Below, piece after piece: positions 25,348-34,330 of a stretch of 34,345 bases of DNA. Under the pieces are notes generated by a model. It saw nothing but the letters and a program-made list of their open reading frames with translations. It was not told where the DNA came from and ran no database searches. The position numbers and the translations under genes are program-made. Origin of the DNA: Clostridia bacterium. GTDB taxonomy: Bacteria; Bacillota; Clostridia; CAKSNL01; HGM11501. The stretch spans positions 1 through 34,345 of the forward strand of contig JAZQAZ010000026.1 of assembly GCA_045545475.1 (NCBI GenBank), given 5' to 3'. Each line of letters begins with the position of its first letter. The stretch's first letter is position 1.

Positions 25348-25387
25348 AAAGCGATTAAGGACTACTTAGTCCTTAATCGCTTTTTTG
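25346..25387. terminator. Bidirectional terminator
   Basis: AAAAAGCGATTAAGGACTA-ct-TAGTCCTTAATCGCTTTTTTT between convergent genes. Confidence 0.85.
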
Positions 25388-26170
25388 CTTTTTTAATGCT
25401 ATAACCGCAAAAGTAACAGAAATTAAAATAACCCCTGTAAAAATCAATCCGCCTTCAATTCCGAAAGCACCACCTGACAAAATTTTCTTTCCGGAAACCA
25501 TTTCAGATTGCATTATGGTATCGCCTATCACTACTCCGCTTACATTTACCCCGAAAACATTTCCCATAACAAAATTCCACGCCGTATGCACACCGGATAC
25601 TAAAAATATACTGTCTGACTTCAAGAACAAAAGTGACAAAAATATTCCATAAAGAAAAATATTAAAAAGTGCCATAAAATCCACACCCGGATTAGTGATA
25701 TGAGCCAGAGAGAAGAATGCCGCACTTAATAATATTCCTGTTATATCGTTTGATTTTCTTGCCAGGGAAATCTGCAAAAGTCCTCTGAAAAGCACTTCTT
25801 CCGCCATAGCCTGAAAGGCAAAAAACAAAAATGCAAAGATAATTGACAAAGAAGCTTTTTCAGAAAACCCTTGGAAAACAATACTGCCGGTTATGAGATT
25901 TAACAGATAAACAACTAAAACCAAAGCACTTCCCTGAAGAAGTCCGGAAGCGTAGTTTTTAATTGCTCCCTTTTTCACAAACCCCATACTTTTTATGCTT
26001 CGCTTTTCAATGCATTTTACGTATAAAAACCCAAGTAGATAAATAATTAAAAATTTTAATATATGAACGCCATAAAAGTTATTTATCCCAAGACTAATTA
26101 CCGAAGAGGCAGCAATATCCGATATTACACATATTAAAAATGCCGCAAGCAAGGTTATAATAACGGCCAT
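25373..26170 (-). CDS. CPBP (CAAX/Abi) family intramembrane metalloprotease
   Basis: EEVLFRG, FSLAH, HTAWN, GGAFGIEGG. Confidence 0.9.
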   Translation of the reverse strand: MAVIITLLAAFLICVISDIAASSVISLGINNFYGVHILKFLIIYLLGFLYVKCIEKRSIKSMGFVKKGAIKNYASGLLQGSALVLVVYLLNLITGSIVFQGFSEKASLSIIFAFLFFAFQAMAEEVLFRGLLQISLARKSNDITGILLSAAFFSLAHITNPGVDFMALFNIFLYGIFLSLLFLKSDSIFLVSGVHTAWNFVMGNVFGVNVSGVVIGDTIMQSEMVSGKKILSGGAFGIEGGLIFTGVILISVTFAVIALKKQKSD

Positions 26171-26889
26171 CAGATATAGCCTCTGCTGTTATATTTTGTC
26201 GGGAGGTGTTCACCGTAAAGATGGGAGATATCCGAATGCGTCAATGTAACGGGAATAATGGGTGCCTTATTGTTACTAAATTCAATCACCGTAACACCGG
26301 TAGTTGTAATGTCAAAGTGTGTGGAATAATAAGGATAAGGAATATCAAGCACACAGCTTAAAAACGCCAGCCCGAAGCCCTGATGGGCAAAAAGAGCTAT
26401 TTTTTTATCGTTTGGTGCTATTGCTTCATAGCAATTATTGGCTAAATCGTGACGGTAGCCAAGGCTTTCCAAAAAGGCGTCCGTCTCTCTCTGTATGCGG
26501 CAGATTCCCTCGCCGTAGCGGTCGTTTTTGAAGAAGGGGTGGCGATACCATTCTCTGCCGAGAAGCCTTACTTCCTCCGACATAAAAACCTTTCTTGTTT
26601 CCTCGTCCCAGAAACACCAGGTAGAGCGTGTTCCGTCTTCACGAGTTGCAAAAAGCTCCGTTGCGGCATACTTTTCGTTGGTCCAATCAAGCTCTTTCAT
26701 TTCGAGTTTTAATATTTCAGCGGCAGGCGTTGCCGTAAGCTTTGCACGGTTTGAAGTGGAAACATAAATTTCATCAAGACCGTGTAGTGCCAGTCTTCTT
26801 CCCACCGCCTCCGCCTGACGCTGTCCGAGAAGCGTCAAAGAATCGGGATTATATATAGGATCTCCATGTCTTATGTAATATAAAAACAT
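26170..26889 (-). CDS. Histidine phosphatase (phosphoglycerate mutase-like) family protein
   Basis: IRHGDP, STSNRAKLTA, AHQG. TGATG coupling to the CPBP gene. Confidence 0.9.
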   Translation of the reverse strand: MFLYYIRHGDPIYNPDSLTLLGQRQAEAVGRRLALHGLDEIYVSTSNRAKLTATPAAEILKLEMKELDWTNEKYAATELFATREDGTRSTWCFWDEETRKVFMSEEVRLLGREWYRHPFFKNDRYGEGICRIQRETDAFLESLGYRHDLANNCYEAIAPNDKKIALFAHQGFGLAFLSCVLDIPYPYYSTHFDITTTGVTVIEFSNNKAPIIPVTLTHSDISHLYGEHLPTKYNSRGYI

Positions 26890-26917
26890 ATCAGTTCTCC
26901 TTTTTCTTTTTTATGTT

Positions 26918-26947
26918 ATTATATCACTTAAAAATCACCCTTGTCAA
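26918..26947 (-). promoter_or_regulatory. Promoter for phosphatase-CPBP
   Basis: Minus strand TTGACA, 18 bp, TGa-TATAAT. Confidence 0.65.
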
Positions 26948-26956
26948 TAGATGCGC

Positions 26957-26986
26957 AAAAGCCGGAGACGAAAGTCTTCGGCTTTT
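26957..26986 (-). terminator. Terminator of the SDR-transketolase operon
   Basis: AAAAGCCGGAGAC-gaaa-GTCTTCGGCTTTT. Confidence 0.8.
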
Positions 26987-26988
26987 AA

Positions 26989-27912
26989 TCAGCGTCCTAA
27001 TGCTTTTCTTATCTGCTCTGCAATTTTTATGTCGCTCATGCCGTACTGTTCTCTTATCCACTCCTGATGACCTATAAGAGAAACATTTACATCCGGAAGA
27101 GCTATTCTTTTAAATACTTTAGGAGAAAGTGCTTCGTCGCATATCACTTCTGCTACTGCACTTCCAAGACCTCCGGAAAGATTATGCTCTTCAATGGTTA
27201 TAATTCCTCCCGTATTTTCTGATGCATCCTTTATCGCATCTTTGTCAATGGGTTTAATTGTGTGCATACTTACTATACGGCAGGAAATACCTTCCGCCTC
27301 TAATATATCTGCCGCCTTAAGCACATTTATTCCCACGGGGCCTGCAAACATAAGGGTTACATCCCTGCCTTCCCTTACAGTGATAGCTTTACCTATCTTA
27401 AAATCAACGGGGCCCTGATGAATGTCTCTTTCTCCCTTGTAACCACAGCGGTAGTATAAGGGGCCGTTATATTCTATCATAGCCTTCGTTGCCGCTTCCG
27501 CCTCATAGTTATCACAGGGAACCACAACCACCATATTCGGAAGTGCTCTCATAATGGCAATGTCCTCGGTTGAATGATGACTCATCCCCAGAGGTCCGTA
27601 GGATACGCCACCACCGATAATTACAATTTTCACATTGGCATTATGGTAGCATACATCGTTTCTTATCTGTTCAAGACAGCGAAGAGTAGGAAAGTTTGCA
27701 ATGGAATAGGTTACCGCTATGTTTCCTTCCATAGCTATTCCGCAGGCAACGCCCGTCATATTCTGCTCGGCAACGCCCACATTGTAATATCTGTCGGGAA
27801 AAGTATCACGGAAGGGCTCTATCTCTCCGTATCCGATGTCCGCCAGCACCATATGTATACGCGGATCATTTTTTGCAATTTCAAGCAAAGTTTTATTAAA
27901 TACTGCTCTCAT
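26989..27912 (-). CDS. Transketolase, C-terminal (pyrimidine-binding) subunit
   Basis: NVGVAEQNM, RCLEQIRNDVC, GMSHHSTED, TIKPID, EEHNLSGGLGSAVAE. Confidence 0.92.
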   Translation of the reverse strand: MRAVFNKTLLEIAKNDPRIHMVLADIGYGEIEPFRDTFPDRYYNVGVAEQNMTGVACGIAMEGNIAVTYSIANFPTLRCLEQIRNDVCYHNANVKIVIIGGGVSYGPLGMSHHSTEDIAIMRALPNMVVVVPCDNYEAEAATKAMIEYNGPLYYRCGYKGERDIHQGPVDFKIGKAITVREGRDVTLMFAGPVGINVLKAADILEAEGISCRIVSMHTIKPIDKDAIKDASENTGGIITIEEHNLSGGLGSAVAEVICDEALSPKVFKRIALPDVNVSLIGHQEWIREQYGMSDIKIAEQIRKALGR

Positions 27913-27914
27913 AT

Positions 27915-28730
27915 TTACGCCTCCTCAATAGCCTTTATTACAGCATCCAGCTCTTCATCAGGAATAAACTTATAATGCGATTTTACCGTATCCTCATATT
28001 CGGGAACACCCTTGCACTTTATGGTATGTGCAATAACTGCAGAGGGCTTTTTATCGTCATAAGGAACGCTGGAAAATGCTTCATAAACCTCTTCGAGATT
28101 ATGTCCGTCAATCACCTTAACCGCCCAGCCGAAGGCCTCAAGCTTAGTTTTAAGGTCACGAAGATCTATGACATCTTCTGAATGTCCAAGTGCCTGAACC
28201 TGATTGTAGTCAATAATTAAAGTGAGATTTGAAAGCTTTTCCTGGGCTGCAAACATTATGGCCTCCCAGGTTGAACCCTCGTTCATATCTCCGTCGCTGG
28301 ACATACAAAATACTCTTCTCTTACTTTTGGCGTATCTTGCTGCTATTGCCATGCCCACAGCGACAGGAAGTCCGTGACCAAGTGAGCCTGTTGAGAACTC
28401 AACTCCCGGCACCTTATGGCTTATATGTCCCATAAGCTTACCGTCGTCGCAGTAGTAGCGGTCGAGCCATTCTGTGGGGATAAATCCCTTCTGTGCAAGA
28501 GCCGAATATACGGCAGCTGCCGCATGCCCTTTACTTAAAACAAATCTGTCTCTGTCTTCCATTTTGGGATTTTTGGGGTCCACATTAAGAATTTTCTCAT
28601 AAAGAACCGCTATCATTTCAGCCATTGATAGCATACTTCCCATATGACCGCTTCTTGCTTTGTTGGTCATCCTGAGGGAATCGATTCTTATCTGTTTTGC
28701 AATTTTTCTGCAATTTTCCATTTTTTTCAT
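27915..28730 (-). CDS. Transketolase, N-terminal (ThDP-binding) subunit
   Basis: SGHMGS, DRDRFVLSKGH, STGSLGHG, SDGDMNEG...DYN. Confidence 0.92.
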   Translation of the reverse strand: MKKMENCRKIAKQIRIDSLRMTNKARSGHMGSMLSMAEMIAVLYEKILNVDPKNPKMEDRDRFVLSKGHAAAAVYSALAQKGFIPTEWLDRYYCDDGKLMGHISHKVPGVEFSTGSLGHGLPVAVGMAIAARYAKSKRRVFCMSSDGDMNEGSTWEAIMFAAQEKLSNLTLIIDYNQVQALGHSEDVIDLRDLKTKLEAFGWAVKVIDGHNLEEVYEAFSSVPYDDKKPSAVIAHTIKCKGVPEYEDTVKSHYKFIPDEELDAVIKAIEEA

Positions 28731-28738
28731 TCCTTTCT

Positions 28739-29524
28739 TTATACTTCTTTATTTACATTTCCGTTTATGGTAATTCCGCCATCGCAGGGGATTACGGTTC
28801 CGTTTAAGTAAGCGCCCTCATCCGATGCCAAAAAGCATGCAAGATTTGCCACATCAGAAGGCTTTCCCCATCTTCTTAAAGGCGTAATCTGCTTTAAGAA
28901 AAATTCGTTATCAAAAGCCGGGTCATTTAGGTTACTTTCTTTTACCATTTCTGTTTCAATCGCCGCAGGTGCTATGCAGTTTGTACGGATGTTATATTTT
29001 CCGTAATCAACCGCCATAGAACGTGTAAGTGTAACCGTTGCTCCCTTGGTTGCCGTATATGCGGCACAACCCGGAATTCCGGAAACTCCTGCACTTGACG
29101 CCGTATTTATTATGGCTCCACCCTTTTCCTTCATAAGGGGAAGAGCATATTTGGAGCAGTAATATGTACCGTCTAAGTTTATGGAAAGCACCTTTTTCCA
29201 GATATCCGTTTCAAGCTCTGCAATGCCGGAATCCCTTCCGCCGAGAAATACCGATGCGTTGTTGTAAAGTGCATCAATACGTCCGTATTTTTCCTCTATT
29301 TTTCCGAATGCACTTTTTACGTCCTCTTCCCTTGATATATCGGTTTTTATAAACCACACCTTATGTCCTTTTGCGGAAAGCTCTTTTGAAAGGGCGTTTC
29401 CCCCCTCTTCATTTACGTCAAGTATAATTACGTCTGCCCCCTCTTTTGCAAAGATTCTCGTGCCGGCTTCTCCTATGCCCGAAGCCCCTCCGGTAATTAC
29501 TGCAATTTTGTTTTCAAGTCTCAT
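28739..29524 (-). CDS. SDR family NAD(P)-dependent oxidoreductase
   Basis: TGGASGIG, LD after beta-2 (suggests NAD), NNAS, YTATK, DGG. Confidence 0.93.
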   Translation of the reverse strand: MRLENKIAVITGGASGIGEAGTRIFAKEGADVIILDVNEEGGNALSKELSAKGHKVWFIKTDISREEDVKSAFGKIEEKYGRIDALYNNASVFLGGRDSGIAELETDIWKKVLSINLDGTYYCSKYALPLMKEKGGAIINTASSAGVSGIPGCAAYTATKGATVTLTRSMAVDYGKYNIRTNCIAPAAIETEMVKESNLNDPAFDNEFFLKQITPLRRWGKPSDVANLACFLASDEGAYLNGTVIPCDGGITINGNVNKEV

Positions 29525-29542
29525 TTAATCCTTCCTTTCATC

Positions 29543-29560
29543 AGGAGAAACGTTTCTCCT
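29543..29560. promoter_or_regulatory. LacI-family operator upstream of the SDR-transketolase operon
   Basis: Perfect 18-bp palindrome AGGAGAAACGTTTCTCCT with the LacI-type central AAACGTTT; shares its core with 30683-30716. Confidence 0.82.
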
Positions 29561-29580
29561 ATCGTTAAAAAAATATTGTT

Positions 29581-29614
29581 TTTCCTGCTTCCCGTAAATT
29601 CGGGAAGCAGGAAA
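29581..29614. terminator. Strong hairpin between lacI and SDR (terminator or processing stem)
   Basis: TTTCCTGCTTCCCG-taaatt-CGGGAAGCAGGAAA; no immediate U-tract on the minus strand. Confidence 0.5.
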
Positions 29615-29625
29615 TTATACACCAA

Positions 29626-30666
29626 TCATTCCACATCGGAAAGTAAGTAAATACACGGCCTTACAGAAATTTTATCAGGCGATTTAAAGTTCTCGTTGCC
29701 ATAGCTGCTTTTTTGCACCAGATAATCGTATGCCGTCATCACCGCACTTTTACCCACTTTTTCCTGATTCTGATAAATCGTTCCCTTAACAATGCCCTTT
29801 TGCATATAACGTAAGATTCCTTCAGGGACGTCTGTTGCGATAAGAGCAATATCCTTATCTTTTAAATTTTCTTCAATATATCTGCACACAGGCTCAAAGG
29901 TCGCCGTTGTAACATAAACCGCATTTACCTGAGAATCTGAAAGGCATTTTGCCATTTCATAGGTCTTTTTTCCGTCATCCGCTGTCTCATTAAGAAAAGA
30001 AATTTCTCCGCCATAGCTTTCAACACGCTCCGAAAAGGACATAACCTTTTCCCTATGGGATTTCACGGAAAGAGAGCCTGTAAATACCGCCGCTTTTATA
30101 TCGTTCCCTTTTATACACTTAAGAAAGTCTGCCGCAATTTTTCCGGAAAGTATGCTGTCAGGCATTATTTCGCAAACGCTTTCTATTTCGTCAAAGCTGT
30201 CGCCTGCAATAAATACCGGTATTTTTGATTTTTTGATTGCCGTCGCAAAAGCTTCATGCATAGAATAAATAGAAGGGCAGTAAATTATTGCATCAATTTT
30301 TCCATCCTTAATCCATTTCAATGCTTTTTCAGCTTCTTTTTCCGTAATATCGGAAGAAAGATAATAAAACGAAGCACTCACCTTGAAGGTTCTAAGCTTT
30401 TCTGCTTCCTCTATCATACCCTCTTTCATTGATGCGAAATAGTCCTGCCAGAGTGAAGGCATTATAATTCCTATATTTATGCTTTTTCTCGCAAGAGTCT
30501 GCGCTACACTGTTCACCTGATAGCCCATCTTCTTTGCGGTTTTCAATACCTCTTTACGTCTCTCTTCACTTATTCCGCCTTTTCCTGTCATAGCTTTATG
30601 AACAGTGGAGAGAGAAATATTAAGTTCCTTTGCGATATCTTTCACAGAAACCTGCTTTTTCATCAT
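29626..30666 (-). CDS. LacI family transcriptional regulator
   Basis: VSVKDIAKELNISLSTVHKAM...GYQVNSVAQTL followed by a periplasmic-binding-protein-like effector domain. Confidence 0.92.
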   Translation of the reverse strand: MMKKQVSVKDIAKELNISLSTVHKAMTGKGGISEERRKEVLKTAKKMGYQVNSVAQTLARKSINIGIIMPSLWQDYFASMKEGMIEEAEKLRTFKVSASFYYLSSDITEKEAEKALKWIKDGKIDAIIYCPSIYSMHEAFATAIKKSKIPVFIAGDSFDEIESVCEIMPDSILSGKIAADFLKCIKGNDIKAAVFTGSLSVKSHREKVMSFSERVESYGGEISFLNETADDGKKTYEMAKCLSDSQVNAVYVTTATFEPVCRYIEENLKDKDIALIATDVPEGILRYMQKGIVKGTIYQNQEKVGKSAVMTAYDYLVQKSSYGNENFKSPDKISVRPCIYLLSDVE

Positions 30667-30682
30667 ATTCCCTCCTTAAGCA

Positions 30683-30741
30683 AATAGGGTTAGAGAAACG
30701 TTTCTCTAACCCTATTATACATAATTTTTACTTTTTGTCAA
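30683..30741 (-). promoter_or_regulatory. lacI promoter with an overlapping autoregulatory operator
   Basis: TTGACA (30741-30736), 16 bp, TATAAT (30719-30714). Perfect 34-bp palindrome AATAGGGTTAGAGAAACGTTTCTCTAACCCTATT (30683-30716). Confidence 0.85.
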
Positions 30742-31259
30742 GCATGTTTTTGTTTTCTGTCGTGAATAAGAATTCCCACAACGTCAAATGTCAGAAGAAT
30801 CAAGTGACTGACCAAAGGCTCGTAGGATTTGGTTACAATATCATAGGTGCACCACAAGGATGAATTAACAGCGTGCCAGGTTCTGTAGCTTTTTCCGTTT
30901 TTCTGTGCTATTCCGCCTATAAATGTAAGGCAGGCTAAGATGGAAAGAGCTGAAAACCAGGAAATTTCGCCAAGGAGATTTGCCGTGATAAACATGAGGG
31001 CATAAACACCGATTAACCACTTTGGGATTTCCTTATTTTTTCTTTGGAAGAAAAAGTTTATTCCTGCCTGCAGGCATCCGATATAGCAGGAAATAGCACC
31101 GTTGATTCCGCCGCCTCCCACCAAATAGCTTGTTGCCATAAGGAAATTTGAAAGCAGGACACAAAGTAAGATAAGCCCCATTTTCTTTCCTTTTATGAGT
31201 GATGCCGAAACACCCATTATAAGTCCCGATATGCTAAGTATAAATGCCAAAGTTTCCAT
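30738..31259 (-). CDS. YgjV-like inner membrane protein
   Basis: 173 aa, about 6 TM segments, SYLVGGGGINGAISC and SLWCTYDI; GGAGG RBS. Confidence 0.7.
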   Translation of the reverse strand: METLAFILSISGLIMGVSASLIKGKKMGLILLCVLLSNFLMATSYLVGGGGINGAISCYIGCLQAGINFFFQRKNKEIPKWLIGVYALMFITANLLGEISWFSALSILACLTFIGGIAQKNGKSYRTWHAVNSSLWCTYDIVTKSYEPLVSHLILLTFDVVGILIHDRKQKHA

Positions 31260-31291
31260 AGATGTCCTCCGATAAATATTCGTTCTAGGAA

Positions 31292-31393
31292 AGTATACTA
31301 CACGATTTTATTTTTTGCAACACCAAAAACATAAAATTGATATATTTTCCCTTAAAAAATGCTATTTACTAACTCCTTACTCCGTGATATACT
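31292..31393. promoter_or_regulatory. Divergent promoters for the YgjV-like and beta-helix genes
   Basis: - strand TTGCAA (31320-31315), 17 bp, TATACT (31297-31292). + strand TTTACT (31365-31370), 17 bp, TGa-TATACT (31388-31393). Confidence 0.55.
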
Positions 31394-31424
31394 GAAACTA
31401 ACTTAAGACGAAACGAGGGATAAT

Positions 31425-32576
31425 ATGTATACGTTATACGGTGACGGTATTCACGATGACTACCCTGCAATACAACAGATGCTGGATTCTCTTATTTCAG
31501 AGGTATCGCTCCCTGCTCCCGAAAAGTTCTATTTAATAAGCAAAACATTAAAAATCCACAAAAATCAGAGTTTGAGGCTCCCTCCCTTTGCACTTATCAG
31601 ACTTTCAGACAATGCCAACTGTGCCATGATTGAAGACGACGATTTTTCATCATACAAGGAAAACATAAAAATCGATGGCGGCATATGGGATATGAATCAC
31701 AATAATCAGTTTCCGAATCCCTATCACTTTCCGGATGCACAGGGAAAAACCTGGTATGACTATGTAAAGGAAACAGGTTTTGACAAAACCACATCTAAGG
31801 TTTTAGCGCCCCTTTATTCAGGTCATTGTATGCGCTTTTGCAACATACGCCGCTTTATAATTAAAAACGTTACCATAAAAAATCCCGTAGTTTACGGCGT
31901 TCAGATGGCATATGTTGAAGATTTTGATGTATCGGATATATTCTTCGACTATACCGAAGGCAGTCCAAAGCTTTGGAATATGGACGGAATCCACGTTGAA
32001 GGCGGATGTAAAAACGGTACTATCCGAAACTTAAAGGGCACCTGCCACGATGACTTGGTTGCCATAACCACCGACGACTCCTTATACGGTCCCATTAAAA
32101 ACATCACCGTTGACGGAATTTATGCCGAGCACAGCCACAGTGCCGTAAGGCTTTTATCCCATAACATTCCCCTTGAAAACATAAAAATCTGCAACGTTTA
32201 CGGAAGCTACTACATCTACTGCATAGGACTTACCAACTATTATTACAAGGAAAACTGCCGCGGAAAGATGAAAAATATCGTAATTGAAAATGTCCACGCC
32301 GAAACATGCGTCGGCACAAAGGACGTTCACGGCGGAAACCACCCCTTTATCTGGGTTGACCGTGAAATGAATGTGGAAGGACTTTCCATTTCAAATGTGA
32401 GCCGCGAAGAATCCTTTTCAAAAATTCCTTTCCTCCGCATTGACAAAAATGCGAAAGTAAAGCACTTAAGCCTTGCAAACATCTATCAGAAGAGCTTACT
32501 TTCAGAAAAAATCACACTTATAGACAAGCTGGGTGAAATTGAAGATTTAACAGAAATAAATGTAGTAAACGAATAA
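31425..32576 (+). CDS. Pectin-lyase-fold (GH28-like) beta-helix protein, cytoplasmic
   Basis: N-terminal GDGIHDDYPAIQ, IDGGIWD, NMDGIH, HDD, repeated IxNIxI strands. Confidence 0.78.
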   Translation: MYTLYGDGIHDDYPAIQQMLDSLISEVSLPAPEKFYLISKTLKIHKNQSLRLPPFALIRLSDNANCAMIEDDDFSSYKENIKIDGGIWDMNHNNQFPNPYHFPDAQGKTWYDYVKETGFDKTTSKVLAPLYSGHCMRFCNIRRFIIKNVTIKNPVVYGVQMAYVEDFDVSDIFFDYTEGSPKLWNMDGIHVEGGCKNGTIRNLKGTCHDDLVAITTDDSLYGPIKNITVDGIYAEHSHSAVRLLSHNIPLENIKICNVYGSYYIYCIGLTNYYYKENCRGKMKNIVIENVHAETCVGTKDVHGGNHPFIWVDREMNVEGLSISNVSREESFSKIPFLRIDKNAKVKHLSLANIYQKSLLSEKITLIDKLGEIEDLTEINVVNE

Positions 32577-32602
32577 GAACGGTGCAAAGCACCGTTCTTA
32601 TT
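32572..32602. terminator. Bidirectional terminator with both stop codons in its arms
   Basis: AATAAGAACGGTGC-aaa-GCACCGTTCTTATT. Confidence 0.8.
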
Positions 32603-34046
32603 TTATAATCACTTCAGCATTTTCGTCACTGAAAATTTTGCTGATATTCTCTTTTGCATCTTTATCAAAGGCCAAAATATCCGGCTCTTTTGCTTCATTT
32701 CCTCCGTACTGTCCGAGCATTCCTCCGCTGTTCTGAATGTACGTATTACCGCTTAAAGTCGGGCAATATTCATCCTTTTCTGCCACAAGGTGCAAAAGGC
32801 GGTAGGCGGAAGTGTCAAATATATTGTTTTTAATAACAAATTTCTTTGCGGGATTTTTATAGCTCCAGCTTTTAATCGCCGCAGGCGTTTCTTTATTATG
32901 GCGCTGCTGTCCCCATCCGAAGCCTGTATCCTTTATGATATTTCCTTCAATCACAATATTTTCCATGAAGCTGTCATCCCCGCCGGGAAGAATATCAAGG
33001 AAATATTCAATTCCGTAAACACATTTTTCAATAATGTTATTTTTGTAGCTGATATTTTTCATTTCAAATTTGTAGGGAGCATTTACCTGATGGGTAATTC
33101 CCGCATCGTAGGACTGATAAATATGGCAGTTTTCAACCTTGTATCCGTCACATCCTCCGTAAATTTCAACGCCGTTTCCATAACGAGTGACACTTCCACG
33201 CCTTCCCTCAGGGTAGTTTGGATCGGTTCCGTCATAGTGCTGTATGTTTCCGCCAATCCAGCCGATTTCGCAGTTTGTTACGGAAAGATTCTTTATGTTC
33301 CCCGCTCCCTGAACGCCGAAGCAGTAATATTTAAGGCAGAGGTTGTCTACAGTTACATTGTTTTTATTGGTAACATCAAAGGCAATCTGCCTTACAACAG
33401 CTTCAATACTATCAAAAGCTTCACCGGGATTTCCCTCGTCGCATCTCAAATAAAGCTCACCCTTGGTGTTTTTAACTTCCGGAACAGGAAAGCTTTCGCC
33501 CTTTGACTCTCCTTCAGTAAAAGATTTTTCATAGTGCCAGTAAATATCAAGATTTTCCGTCATTTCTTCTTTAATTTCAAAGGCTTTGCTTTCGTCATTT
33601 CTGCATACAAATCTGCCCTTTATATAAGAAGGGATAAGCTTTCTAGAAACTTTTTCTCCGTCATTAAAGACAAGAGTTCCAACATCGAAAATTTCCTTTG
33701 TATATTTCCATATTCCGGGAAACGCCTCTTCCCACAGCGATACATCCGCAAGATTTTCCGACCATCCGTAAAGCTTCGGCTTTTCCCCTTCGCCGTAAGC
33801 ACCATAAAAAACTTCGCTTACCACGGACACCTCGCCACGGAATAAGCTGCCGCGACAAAAGAGAACCGAATCCCCTTCTTTTACAGGCAAAGCCGAGAGT
33901 TTTTCAAGAGTTTTTATCGGAGTATCAGGCGTTTTTCCGTCAAAATCATCACAGCCCGAATTACTTACATAATAAGCTTTACCCAAAATTGCTCTGTCAG
34001 GTGAGGATTTTATTTCGTCTTTTCTTTTTTCAATCAGCTGATTCAT
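32598..34046 (-). CDS. Right-handed parallel beta-helix protein (putative carbohydrate-active enzyme)
   Basis: YYVSNSGCDDFDGKTP, GDSVLFCRG, YGAYGEGEKP, RYGNGVEIYG, YDAGITHQ. ATG 34046 preferred over TTG 34061. Confidence 0.78.
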   Translation of the reverse strand: MNQLIEKRKDEIKSSPDRAILGKAYYVSNSGCDDFDGKTPDTPIKTLEKLSALPVKEGDSVLFCRGSLFRGEVSVVSEVFYGAYGEGEKPKLYGWSENLADVSLWEEAFPGIWKYTKEIFDVGTLVFNDGEKVSRKLIPSYIKGRFVCRNDESKAFEIKEEMTENLDIYWHYEKSFTEGESKGESFPVPEVKNTKGELYLRCDEGNPGEAFDSIEAVVRQIAFDVTNKNNVTVDNLCLKYYCFGVQGAGNIKNLSVTNCEIGWIGGNIQHYDGTDPNYPEGRRGSVTRYGNGVEIYGGCDGYKVENCHIYQSYDAGITHQVNAPYKFEMKNISYKNNIIEKCVYGIEYFLDILPGGDDSFMENIVIEGNIIKDTGFGWGQQRHNKETPAAIKSWSYKNPAKKFVIKNNIFDTSAYRLLHLVAEKDEYCPTLSGNTYIQNSGGMLGQYGGNEAKEPDILAFDKDAKENISKIFSDENAEVIIK

Positions 34047-34095
34047 AAAAATCACTTCCAAAAACTTTGTTATGCTACTGTTTTCTGCCCTTTTA

Positions 34096-34124
34096 GTGGG
34101 GATGTCGAGAACGCCATCCCCTAC
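34096..34124 (-). repeat. GTAG-type REP-like hairpin
   Basis: Minus strand GTAG-GGGATGGCG-ttct-CGACATCCC: a GTAG tetranucleotide at the foot of an imperfect GC stem. Confidence 0.6.
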
Positions 34125-34198
34125 ACTTTTCCATAAACGCTTTCGTCAGAACCCGCGAGAATACTGGATTTTCTCGCTCCCGATAGTATATGTAAATA

Positions 34199-34330
34199 TC
34201 AAAAATTAATATTCATTTTGAAAATGTTGCTTTCTAATATCAACTCAATCATTTCAAGAAACATACAAATATATGGGATCCCTTGTATTAAAAGCAGATA
34301 TTTAGGTGCTTTGTTTACAATTTTTTTCAT
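34199..34330 (-). CDS. Small AT-rich ORF (43 aa) or truncated gene
   Basis: AGGAGGG RBS then MKKIVNKAPKYLLLIQGIPYICMFLEMIELILESNIFKMNINF*, translated by hand; shorter than any ORF in the supplied track. Confidence 0.4.
   Translation of the reverse strand: MKKIVNKAPKYLLLIQGIPYICMFLEMIELILESNIFKMNINF

Noticed and set aside
25373-26170. CPBP/Abi protein as a phage-defence or bacteriocin-immunity system
   Set aside because: The family is widespread and there is no bacteriocin or defence context here; only its AT-richness is notable.
32790-33506. 238-aa + strand ORF
   Set aside because: Antisense shadow of the beta-helix gene, with no RBS or recognisable motifs.
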